A stretch of DNA of 64,000 bases, from the sequence record PZ379177.1, one strand, 5' to 3'. The DNA comes from a phage. A program made the translations under genes and the position numbers. This document shows positions 28,602 to 36,824 of this stretch, piece after piece. Positions within the stretch are counted from its first letter, which is position 1. The number at the start of each line of letters is the position of its first letter. The notes under the pieces are model-generated. The model searched no databases, was not told the DNA's origin, and saw nothing but the letters and a program-made list of their open reading frames with translations.

Positions 28602-28607
28602 TAGAAT

Positions 28608-28631
28608 GGCGGCCCTTCGGGGTCGCTTTTC
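28608..28631 (+). terminator. rho-independent terminator closing the rightward arm of the cassette
   Basis: hairpin GGCGGCCC-TTCG-GGGTCGC followed by TTTT, 7 nt after the 28601 stop. Confidence 0.4.
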
Positions 28632-28651
28632 ATAGTGCAAATTGGTGGCTT

Positions 28652-28915
28652 ATGAATACGCTCATTCTCATCGCTACGTTATCCATCGGAAGTGGTCGCA
28701 CCTTATCCCTTTACGACCATAGTGCAAATTGCGCTTATCCTACGCGCGTTGCGGCGATAGTTAATAGTGCAAATAAGATGCTATTCGAGACTTGCTGGCG
28801 GGTCGATAACGAGAAAGGTCGGGTAGTCTTAGGTTATAGTGCAAATCTGCTGGTGGAGTCGTTCGATTGGACGGTTGAAGGTCGTAAATTGTTACGGAAA
28901 GTGACTAAAAGATGA
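28652..28915 (+). CDS. questionable ORF (87 aa) carrying three in-frame copies of the 11-mer
   Basis: weak RBS; motif copies read as HSANCA, NSANKM, YSANLL; may be a repeat region rather than a gene. Confidence 0.25.
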   Translation: MNTLILIATLSIGSGRTLSLYDHSANCAYPTRVAAIVNSANKMLFETCWRVDNEKGRVVLGYSANLLVESFDWTVEGRKLLRKVTKR

Positions 28916-28976
28916 CTTATAATAATACACTTTCTAACGCGTTTATGGTTGTAACCTTCCCCGTCGTATTACCGAT

Positions 28977-29016
28977 GGCCCTAGAAGTGGAGAAAATGTG
29001 TTCTAGGGCCGTTTTA
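28977..29016 (+). terminator. rho-independent terminator
   Basis: perfect 10-bp inverted repeat GGCCCTAGAA...TTCTAGGGCC followed by GTTTTA. Confidence 0.5.
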
Positions 29017-29029
29017 TAGTGCAAATTGG

Positions 29030-29503
29030 CTAGTGGCGGGAGAATTGCTCACCTTCTTTGGCCGCCTCTCCAAAATCCTTGTAGAAATCGTCCATGGAAC
29101 GGCCCATTTTACTATTGCCGTTTTCATCAATCATCGTGATGCCGTAGATGATATTCAGTTCACGAATAGCATTAAGTTTGGCTGACGCCGCGACTTCTGG
29201 ATCACGCACAAGCTTGACCAAATTGTGAATTGCACCTTTTACGCTCCACAAATCCTTGAGTGGCATCTCTTCCATACGCTTTTTGAAGCGCATCTTGTAG
29301 TATGGATTGCGTTGCGCGCAAAGGATTCGCTGGCCAGTGTAGTTATCCGTTGCAACTTCCATTCCAAATACTAGTGCAAAAGCTGCGCGCATGTCATGGC
29401 CCTGAATAACAAGGTCAATGAACTCATCGAATAAAGCCTGATTGTGCTCTGCAAATCGCGGGTCTTCAAAGTCTTCAGGCATCGCTACATAATCTTGACT
29501 CAT
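29030..29503 (-). CDS. hypothetical protein (speculatively terminase small subunit-like)
   Basis: 157 aa with normal phage codon style; no clear SD; both candidate ATGs lie inside copies of the 11-mer (read as TTTGCACTATG on the coding strand). Confidence 0.45.
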   Translation of the reverse strand: MSQDYVAMPEDFEDPRFAEHNQALFDEFIDLVIQGHDMRAAFALVFGMEVATDNYTGQRILCAQRNPYYKMRFKKRMEEMPLKDLWSVKGAIHNLVKLVRDPEVAASAKLNAIRELNIIYGITMIDENGNSKMGRSMDDFYKDFGEAAKEGEQFSRH

Positions 29504-29654
29504 AGTGCAAAATCCCATAGTGCAAATTAATAGTGTGAATTATACAATGGATGGACATTATATTCAAGTGCAGATTGATGTTCATTATGGCTATAAACGT
29601 ACACAAATCATAGTGCTGAATGGATAACGGACCGTGGTGCGTGGTGTACTGTTT

Positions 29655-30004
29655 GATACGGATAAAAGAAATCCATCCCTTTCGCCGCTTGTTATGCAAA
29701 TCAATGACTTAGCCGCTGCTGGCTGGTTTAAGCGTATCATGACGTATCATCCGTATTGCCGCAAGTCTTTGTTTTTACTTATATCTTACGGATAATACGT
29801 TAAATATATAAATTAACATAAGTATGAGGATGTAGAAAAAAAATTAATTTAAATTAATTCAAAATGGAGTTAATTAATTTTTGAAATAATTCTGGTTACA
29901 ATAAGGAAAAATGGCGTATCATCCGTATCATCCGTAAGATTCAGTGTACAAATCCAGGCGCGGCGCACCCTAGCGCCATGATACGGATAAAAACCTATCC
30001 GTAA
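29655..30004. repeat. complex regulatory repeat module copy 2 (GATACGGAT units flanking an AT-rich core)
   Basis: 29-bp block GCGTATCATCCGTATCATCCGTAAGATTC identical to 14156-14184; GATACGGATAAAA at 29655 and 29980; AT-rich core 29800-29900. Confidence 0.6.
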
Positions 30005-30319
30005 GAGTGTACGCTTCAATTAAAGAATCCAGGCGCGGCGCGGCTTTCACCACCACACACCACGGTTCACTCTCCAAAATCCGCACACTAAATTCCAAAA
30101 TCCAATGCTCATACTCCAAAAATAAATCCAAATTTCCATTTTATTTATTATTTTCATCCACAATATACTAAATTCTATCCGTATTAACCACGACTCAACC
30201 CACCACGATTCATGCCAATCACTTCAAAATTTCCATCGAAAACGACAAAAGGCCGCGTAAAGCGACCAATTGCACACATTCCATTATTCAAAACACGTAA
30301 ACGAGTGTTCTTTTATCCA

Positions 30320-30859
30320 CTATAATTTAGGCATCAATCCCTTTTCCGTTCTCCTTTTTATCTCGTCTTCTATCATTTTATTGGTCACTCTATAGCCAAT
30401 CCTTTCCAATTCCATTAATACTTCCTTTTGGTATTTTCTTATTTTCACAATGTCAACCGTATCCCTCCAATAAGATAATACCTTCTTAATGACTGACTTT
30501 TCCATTTTATATCTGGCGGTAGTCATATACTTCATTTTAAAAATAGAGTTGATCGCATCAGTCTTTAACCATTCCTTTCTTAATTCAGGATGATCATTCC
30601 AAAGAGTAATGGCGAACTCCTGCGGACTTTTGCACCTGCTTTGAAGCTCCTTTATATAGTCAGCCGTTTTTACTTTTCTATCTAAACGCGCGCGGCAAAC
30701 GGTGCACTCTTCCTTGAGCAACCAATCGGCCTTCTTATCAATTTGCAAAGTTGAATTGCCATCCCTTTTATACCTGCCGCAAAAGCTTATGCCTTCATCT
30801 TTTAAGAAGTAATGCAACTCTTTAGAGTATTTCGCTTTACGCCAAAAGCCTCCCATCAC
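30320..30859 (-). CDS. hypothetical protein
   Basis: 179-aa basic ORF. Confidence 0.45.
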   Translation of the reverse strand: MMGGFWRKAKYSKELHYFLKDEGISFCGRYKRDGNSTLQIDKKADWLLKEECTVCRARLDRKVKTADYIKELQSRCKSPQEFAITLWNDHPELRKEWLKTDAINSIFKMKYMTTARYKMEKSVIKKVLSYWRDTVDIVKIRKYQKEVLMELERIGYRVTNKMIEDEIKRRTEKGLMPKL

Positions 30860-31425
30860 CCCTCCTTAACTACCCGATAAGCAACAACGTCCCAAGCTTC
30901 TCCGTGGTGATCCCAATGCAAAACACTCGAGTGAATTTGATCATTGCCACGTTCGCCGTTACGCATTTTGAATTCAACCATTTCCCCAGGCACCGGATTA
31001 TCGCCACCAAACCACACGGTCCACGCTTCCTCCTTCGGCGCATCAGAATCCACGCCTATAGTAGCAACGACGTCATGCAACTGCTTAACGAGCGCCGACG
31101 CATCACGGACTTGTGAGCGTAATGCAACCAACTCGCGTTGCACTTCACTGTATTTCGCTTCCAGCGCGGCATAATCAGCAAACTTCACATATGAACCAGA
31201 GGTGTCATCACCCTCTGTATTGAGCCATGCATCATTGCAGTTTACTGCATACGTTTTAACTTCACCGCATTTCGGCTCAAGCGCGACGCGACTTTTTACT
31301 TCACTGTATTTCGCTTCCAGCGCGGCATAGTCCTCATATTCAACATAGCCGCCTTCATCATCCTTTACAACTTCGCATGTGCAAGCGTGCTGCGTGCAAT
31401 AATCAACATCATAACGTTGTATCAT
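30856..31425 (-). CDS. hypothetical protein with internal tandem duplication
   Basis: 189 aa; repeated block DYAALEAKYSEV encoded by duplicated DNA around 31138-31175 and 31288-31325. Confidence 0.45.
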   Translation of the reverse strand: MIQRYDVDYCTQHACTCEVVKDDEGGYVEYEDYAALEAKYSEVKSRVALEPKCGEVKTYAVNCNDAWLNTEGDDTSGSYVKFADYAALEAKYSEVQRELVALRSQVRDASALVKQLHDVVATIGVDSDAPKEEAWTVWFGGDNPVPGEMVEFKMRNGERGNDQIHSSVLHWDHHGEAWDVVAYRVVKEG

Positions 31426-31642
31426 TTAACTTCTCCAAAATTTCGATGGCGATTTGTGTTTGCTTCTCAAGAGCAAGACGCAACATGTCAATTTGCAAGT
31501 CACGGTGGGCCAGTTCAGCGGCGATGTCTGACTTGCGGTAAAGTCCTTCATGAGTCATGGCATAGATGTGGCGCGTATAATAGCCGCCCTCGTCGAGTTG
31601 CTCGATGTCACGTTGCCCGACTGCGTATTGTTTATCGGTCAT
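31409..31642 (-). CDS. hypothetical protein
   Basis: 77-aa ORF in tightly packed leftward block. Confidence 0.35.
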   Translation of the reverse strand: MTDKQYAVGQRDIEQLDEGGYYTRHIYAMTHEGLYRKSDIAAELAHRDLQIDMLRLALEKQTQIAIEILEKLNDTTL

Positions 31643-31695
31643 GATGCATCCTTAGTTGGATAAAATTTAGGATTGGCCTTGTAGAATGCTTTGAG

Positions 31696-31971
31696 TCATG
31701 CCTTTGCTTCGGCAATGCTGCTGAACTCTTCCTTGGAGAGTCCGGTGCGGTCCTCGCCTGCGACCTTGAAATGGATGCGCACCTTGAGCCGAAGGTTGGT
31801 TGCTCTCGCGTAGTGGCCTTCATAGCCGTGATGGTCTAGGCTTACGATTGCGGCGAGAAGCTCGCAATCTTCTTTATCTGGATTGCCGCTGTAACAAGTC
31901 GGCCAGCCGCGACGTTGGAATGACCTGTATGAGCCTGTTGGCTCAGGGTCCACGTACCATTTCAATTTCAT
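31696..31971 (-). CDS. hypothetical protein
   Basis: 91-aa ORF. Confidence 0.35.
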   Translation of the reverse strand: MKLKWYVDPEPTGSYRSFQRRGWPTCYSGNPDKEDCELLAAIVSLDHHGYEGHYARATNLRLKVRIHFKVAGEDRTGLSKEEFSSIAEAKA

Positions 31972-32291
31972 TCAAATTTCTCCGTTTCTTTAATACACTG
32001 TAATACTTCTTCAAGGCCGACTTCAACTTGAACATTGCTTTGACGCATCTCATCAATGAAGTCATCTTCACAGCGTATCGGGTTGTGCATTGTTGATATT
32101 TCAAATACCTCGACGTGACTTACCAAAGGCAGAAGGTGCTTCCTTACTAGTTTGATCAAAACATCGTGGGAGTCTTTGTCTTTTAATTCTGATTCAATAT
32201 TGTTTTCTTCACAGAAAAGTGACACGATGTCACCATCCATGAATCCGAACTTAGATGCAAGCGAACGCGCCTGCAAGTTAAGAGTTTTCAT
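31968..32291 (-). CDS. hypothetical protein
   Basis: 107-aa acidic ORF, 4-nt overlaps with neighbours. Confidence 0.4.
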   Translation of the reverse strand: MKTLNLQARSLASKFGFMDGDIVSLFCEENNIESELKDKDSHDVLIKLVRKHLLPLVSHVEVFEISTMHNPIRCEDDFIDEMRQSNVQVEVGLEEVLQCIKETEKFE

Positions 32292-32686
32292 TTGACCTTC
32301 TCCAATTGGAATCTCGCTTCTGGAAAGCCTGCGACAAACATGTCACGGCCCTCGACATCACGCTTCACGAACCAACGCATCCCGTTGACGACCGTGAAGA
32401 CAATTTGCCTTCCATCAATAATAAGTCCTTTTGCCTCATAAAGCAAATAAGTCTGCCCGACTTTGAAGCTTAACATATCCTTGCTTGTGCTGGTGCACTT
32501 AAGCCGCCACTGGGTGAGATTGGATTCGCTTGCCTCGATGTCAACAACCTTACCGCGCAGCAGCGATGTGCGCTGAAGCTCTTGCATTTGCTCGTCGAAC
32601 GTTAGCTCACGGCCTTCTTGCTCTTCCATTATTCCTCCACGACGCGATGATAGACATTCTTGCGCCGCTTTGCCTTGTACAGACAA
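32288..32686 (-). CDS. hypothetical protein, paralog of 33366..33728
   Basis: shared block FKVGQTYLLY vs FKVGETYKLF. Confidence 0.4.
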   Translation of the reverse strand: MSVQGKAAQECLSSRRGGIMEEQEGRELTFDEQMQELQRTSLLRGKVVDIEASESNLTQWRLKCTSTSKDMLSFKVGQTYLLYEAKGLIIDGRQIVFTVVNGMRWFVKRDVEGRDMFVAGFPEARFQLEKVK

Positions 32687-32773
32687 CGGTCGCCGCTGCG
32701 GTTGTAGATGTTAAGCCAGGTGCGCTTACTAATCTTATATGGCACATGCGGCTTGATGAATAACAAACGGGCT

Positions 32774-33067
32774 TTAAGATTGGATGTCATAATATTTACC
32801 TCCAGCCATATTTTCTTTAATCTCTTTTAATGCCGCGCGACCTGCTTTTGTCATCACCACGGATGAATAGCGCGTCGGGTCTTTCTCCCCTGGCACCGCC
32901 CAATCAACAAGGCCCAACCGGAATAAGACAGGGATTGATGGCGCATTGATGTCGTGAAACAGTGATGGCCGCTTTTCATAAGCCTTCTTGCGGTCGCCGC
33001 GCAGCATGTATGGCGTTCCGTCTTCCATCCGGTACAATGTTTGAATTTGCGCTAGACTTAGTCTCAT
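32774..33067 (-). CDS. hypothetical protein
   Basis: 97-aa ORF. Confidence 0.4.
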   Translation of the reverse strand: MRLSLAQIQTLYRMEDGTPYMLRGDRKKAYEKRPSLFHDINAPSIPVLFRLGLVDWAVPGEKDPTRYSSVVMTKAGRAALKEIKENMAGGKYYDIQS

Positions 33068-33369
33068 AGCTCCCCTCCAAACGTTGCAACACGGATGCCG
33101 CGCCGCTCGAACGTTAACATTGGGTTAAGGCCGTCAGCGCAAGTGATGAACAAATCATCAACGATAAGCTCATATCCGCCGACGTAAAGGATGAATGTGT
33201 CATCGCTGTTCTTCAACAGCATTATGGCAGCAATTCCGTTTTTGTTATTATTGAATCCGTGCACCGTCACCTCACCGACTTGCCTTTCAGTAAAGGTTTT
33301 AATGGCACCACAGTTCACGGCTTCTTGCAAAGCGTTCAAAATCTTTTTCTTCATCGCTTCGGTACTCAT
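33064..33369 (-). CDS. hypothetical protein
   Basis: 101-aa ORF, 4-nt overlap. Confidence 0.4.
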   Translation of the reverse strand: MSTEAMKKKILNALQEAVNCGAIKTFTERQVGEVTVHGFNNNKNGIAAIMLLKNSDDTFILYVGGYELIVDDLFITCADGLNPMLTFERRGIRVATFGGEL

Positions 33370-33728
33370 AGCTCACCCTCTTTAAAAACAAAGCCGCTGA
33401 TAACAGATTGATAGTAGTTCACGCCGCGCACCTCTACAACCTTGCAGCGATGGGCCTGGCCCTTATGTTCTATCCACCAGACTTCCATATCAGGCAAGTT
33501 GTTGCGACGCGTCAACCAGCCGTGAAACAGCTTGTATGTTTCGCCGACCTTAAAAGGTTTCAGCGTACCGTAAGAATCAACCTTGAATGCGCAGACAACA
33601 TCTTTGCTGTCTTTGTGCACCGCGTCATGAAATAATCCGCTTCTGCCAAACCTTTCGTCGTAACTCATAATCATTTCTCCTTTGCTTGATGAACTAAGTA
33701 TAATACAGACAAATAAAAAGGCAAGCAT
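33366..33728 (-). CDS. hypothetical protein, paralog of 32288..32686 (true start may be internal Met MSYDERF)
   Basis: 120-aa ORF; shared FKVG[EQ]TY block. Confidence 0.4.
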   Translation of the reverse strand: MLAFLFVCIILSSSSKGEMIMSYDERFGRSGLFHDAVHKDSKDVVCAFKVDSYGTLKPFKVGETYKLFHGWLTRRNNLPDMEVWWIEHKGQAHRCKVVEVRGVNYYQSVISGFVFKEGEL

Positions 33729-33746
33729 TTAGCTCACCTTTTTGAA

Positions 33747-34007
33747 TTAAATATTCTTTGCCTCTTCGTGAAGGCCGACCGACCTTAGTTTACGCCGCAA
33801 GTAAGCTTTCTTTTCGCTCTCCCGTCCGGCTGGAGTGACGCGCCAGCGTAATGTGTTCTCCAGATTCTTGCGACGGTTGTGCTCGTCGAGTAGCTCTACC
33901 AGTGCCTTTGCGTCGTCGAGTGTTAACGCCACGGGCCGCGACCCATTAACGGCTTGTCGAAGCTTCCGCGCGGCAACGGCCAACTTAGTCATCGGACCCT
34001 TGTTCAC
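33747..34007 (-). CDS. hypothetical protein
   Basis: 86-aa basic ORF. Confidence 0.4.
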   Translation of the reverse strand: MNKGPMTKLAVAARKLRQAVNGSRPVALTLDDAKALVELLDEHNRRKNLENTLRWRVTPAGRESEKKAYLRRKLRSVGLHEEAKNI

Positions 34008-34396
34008 GGCAACTCCTTATTCATCGGCGTTATGGACAGCACCTTCACTTCAGTGATGTCACGGTTGTATTCGCGCTTGATTTGTAGAATCTGGGATTGG
34101 ATGCGCGCGATAAAGTGCGACGTGATTCCTTCCTTAACGTTAATCCAAGCCGCAAGTTGGATTGAGTCGATGTCACTTCTCAATGTCGTTGGGCAGTTAA
34201 TAGCACTTGGCGCACCGCTCGCACCGTAAGCCAGTTGCGCGTCATAAGCTGAATACTTGAATGACACCAGAAACATTCTTTCTTCAAGTTCGCTTTCGCT
34301 CTTAGGATTCTTATCACAGTTAATCATGTGCTGCACGAACTCTTCGTGTGGAAGGTGCATCACATCGTGGCAATAAGGGCAACGCTTCATTCTCAT
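34004..34396 (-). CDS. hypothetical Cys/His-containing protein
   Basis: N-terminal CPYCHD...H...H...C zinc-finger-like motif. Confidence 0.4.
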   Translation of the reverse strand: MRMKRCPYCHDVMHLPHEEFVQHMINCDKNPKSESELEERMFLVSFKYSAYDAQLAYGASGAPSAINCPTTLRSDIDSIQLAAWINVKEGITSHFIARIQSQILQIKREYNRDITEVKVLSITPMNKELP

Positions 34397-34629
34397 TTTG
34401 CATACTCCATAGCATATTGCTGCAGCTTAAATGCAGCCTTTTGTAATTGTTTACGACGCTCATTCAATTCTTTCCATTCTTCTTCAGGACAATTTAGAGA
34501 GTAGGCCTTGTTTGCAATCTTGATTAGTGATAAATGCGTTTGTTGAAAGCGCGACACCATACGCAACTCGTTGCGCTTGTTGAAAGACAGCTTACCCAGC
34601 GCGGCATTCATAATTGCACCTCGACACAC
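34393..34629 (-). CDS. hypothetical protein
   Basis: 78-aa ORF. Confidence 0.35.
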   Translation of the reverse strand: MCRGAIMNAALGKLSFNKRNELRMVSRFQQTHLSLIKIANKAYSLNCPEEEWKELNERRKQLQKAAFKLQQYAMEYAK

Positions 34630-34925
34630 GATTCACTAGCCTCGAAGCCCCACCCCTCCAGGCCGACTTCGCCGCAACAGCGCACACTTGCCCAGCCAGT
34701 CATGAGCCATTGGTGATACTTTTCGAAGTATGTCGGCTTTTCTGAGTAACAATGAACAAGGCCGTTATCGTCAATGGCCACGTAACGCGTCCAAGGTGCA
34801 ACGGGTACAACTACGTCGCCGTGGTCTTCTGGCCAAGGCTTGATGTGTACAGCTGTGTTCAAGTCTACGTTTAACACGCTTCCTAACCGCTCGTCTTGTT
34901 CCTTGTCGATTCCTAAGTAAATCAT
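34608..34925 (-). CDS. hypothetical protein
   Basis: 105-aa ORF. Confidence 0.4.
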   Translation of the reverse strand: MIYLGIDKEQDERLGSVLNVDLNTAVHIKPWPEDHGDVVVPVAPWTRYVAIDDNGLVHCYSEKPTYFEKYHQWLMTGWASVRCCGEVGLEGWGFEASESCVEVQL

Positions 34926-35010
34926 AATTCACCTCGCTTGTTTGTCTTGATGAAAAGAGTATAAGTATTGATAAAAGAAAAGGCAAGCATTTAGCTCACC
35001 TTTTTGATAT

Positions 35011-35343
35011 TCATTTTACATAGTGGAGTAGGTCAATCTCTATCTCGTGCCGCGTCCTTGTTATCTTTGTATCACCCGTCCGATGGGAGAATTGATAGAA
35101 GAAAGAGTCTTTGTGAGCACCTCGTTCAAACGTCATGCTGGCAATTCTGCACCCGCATATTGCATCAAGCTTTGCTCCGTTGGACAAAAGGTTGAATGTC
35201 AATACAGTGTTATCCATCCTTGCGTTTTGTTTGATGCACTTCTTTAAGAAGTAATAAGAATCAGCAAAAGAATTGGCCTTCTTCCATACTTCTTTTATCA
35301 ATCCACGCTCATGCGCGGCGAGTATCTGATCACGGGTCATCAC
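35011..35343 (-). CDS. hypothetical protein
   Basis: 110-aa ORF. Confidence 0.4.
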   Translation of the reverse strand: MMTRDQILAAHERGLIKEVWKKANSFADSYYFLKKCIKQNARMDNTVLTFNLLSNGAKLDAICGCRIASMTFERGAHKDSFFYQFSHRTGDTKITRTRHEIEIDLLHYVK

Positions 35344-35642
35344 TGCACCTCTGTTATTCCGGTAATTCGAACGATGACTGTGTCATCCAAATTGAACTGC
35401 TGCCGCGCGACGCGTTTGATGTCGTCCTTAAGGTCCGCAATCAACTCCCTTGTTAACACTGTACGCTCTGAAACGTCATATTGAACGTCAAAGGTATACT
35501 CGCCATAAAATACCGCGCCATTGGGAAGTTGCACGACATAGAATGCCATATACATCGCATTGATATAATCTTCCATTATACATTCTCCGAATCTTGATGA
35601 TATTTCGTAAGCCATTTTTGATATCGAAATAAGCAATCGCAA
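35340..35642 (-). CDS. hypothetical protein
   Basis: 100-aa ORF. Confidence 0.4.
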   Translation of the reverse strand: MRLLISISKMAYEISSRFGECIMEDYINAMYMAFYVVQLPNGAVFYGEYTFDVQYDVSERTVLTRELIADLKDDIKRVARQQFNLDDTVIVRITGITEVQ

Positions 35643-35857
35643 GCCTTTTTATTGCTTTTAAATCTTTCTAAGAAAAGAGTGTCAACTCCCATTGTTAAGG
35701 ATTCGTCACAGCTCGAACGACCTACCAGCCACAAGCTATAAGTCTGAATGTCCAACCCATAATTTCTATCAAGATTCAAACGCACTTTTAACGGCCTTTC
35801 ACCTTGCTCTTTTTCGAATTTCGTTAATCTTTCTTTAAAAGTATCTTTATTCATTAT
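35576..35857 (-). CDS. hypothetical protein
   Basis: ORF trimmed to internal Met MNKDTF to remove overlap. Confidence 0.35.
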   Translation of the reverse strand: MMNKDTFKERLTKFEKEQGERPLKVRLNLDRNYGLDIQTYSLWLVGRSSCDESLTMGVDTLFLERFKSNKKACDCLFRYQKWLTKYHQDSENV

Positions 35858-36201
35858 ACATTCTCCACGGGTCGACGGATGAGTTTGCGTAATCCTTCGG
35901 GCCATACCTTCTTGATGACGGCCTTCGCTGGGCTGGATGAAAGCTTCTTCAGCTTCAATAGAACACAGCCTTCATCATCGTTCGGTTGCACCTGGATAAC
36001 GACGCGCGCTTGTCGGTCGATGACCATGACATCGCCAACGCGAATGTCTTTTACCAACACGCCCATCTCCTTCGTGCCGGATACGCCAATCACATGGTCG
36101 CATCGAACGCGCGGCGGTAGCAGCGTGCCACCTTCAGCCATCTCACGCACGCGCTTCTTGATCTCTGCGCCATACAGCACTTCGTCTTTAACATGAGCCA
36201 T
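35854..36201 (-). CDS. hypothetical protein
   Basis: 115-aa ORF. Confidence 0.4.
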   Translation of the reverse strand: MAHVKDEVLYGAEIKKRVREMAEGGTLLPPRVRCDHVIGVSGTKEMGVLVKDIRVGDVMVIDRQARVVIQVQPNDDEGCVLLKLKKLSSSPAKAVIKKVWPEGLRKLIRRPVENV

Positions 36202-36670
36202 GGTCGAGTACCTTATAAAGAGTGCAAGAAGGACTGCTGAATTCCCTTAATGCATAAGCCACGTTCAAGCTGCCAGGTTCTTTCTTTGCGTTTGTCACTT
36301 CCATGTATTGGCAGCCGTTTATGCTGTATCGTCTTACTACAACAGCATTGAAAATCTGACTGCCGTAATAGACGCAGACGATAACATCACCGACTTCTAT
36401 TTTATCAGCCGGAACAGGTTTAAGGCGCGGCTTTTTATCAACATAAGTTTTAATAGGAACTTTTACGCAACGTGATTGATGATGGACAAGTCTTTCAACA
36501 TGCCTTTTTGTTGGCGGTAAGATATTGAATGACTCAACACCTGCAAACTCGTTGTCGATAAATGTATTTATTTTCATCCTTAATGGCATTGGGACGTCGC
36601 ATTGACTTGCTGCCGCTAAAATAATTGCGGCTTCTGATTTACTTAACATTAAAGGGCGATGGATGATCAT
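36188..36670 (-). CDS. hypothetical protein
   Basis: 160-aa ORF. Confidence 0.4.
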   Translation of the reverse strand: MIIHRPLMLSKSEAAIILAAASQCDVPMPLRMKINTFIDNEFAGVESFNILPPTKRHVERLVHHQSRCVKVPIKTYVDKKPRLKPVPADKIEVGDVIVCVYYGSQIFNAVVVRRYSINGCQYMEVTNAKKEPGSLNVAYALREFSSPSCTLYKVLDHGSC

Positions 36671-36824
36671 AATTAACCTCTGATTTGTGACACAAAACGT
36701 TTATAATGTTCTTTGGCTAAGACGCGTGCGCGCTCTTTTGTATGGCCGCTGGCTTCAAGTACGCGGCGAAGCTGCTTGATTGCGTCCGCTTTACTAATCT
36801 TGTTATCGTTAAACTGAAATTTAT

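Larger units (their letters stand above)
28321..29541 (+). repeat. array of at least 11 same-strand copies of an 11-mer ATAGTGCAAAT (minor variants)
   Basis: copies begin near 28321, 28335, 28632, 28719, 28764, 28836, 29016, 29372, 29502, 29517, 29530; all same orientation; span coding and non-coding sequence on both gene strands. Confidence 0.7.

Noticed and set aside
28321-29541. Possibility that the 11-mer array is a CRISPR array
   Set aside because: The repeat unit is only 11 bp, spacing is irregular (13 to about 350 bp), copies lie inside protein-coding sequence, and there are no cas genes. Not CRISPR.
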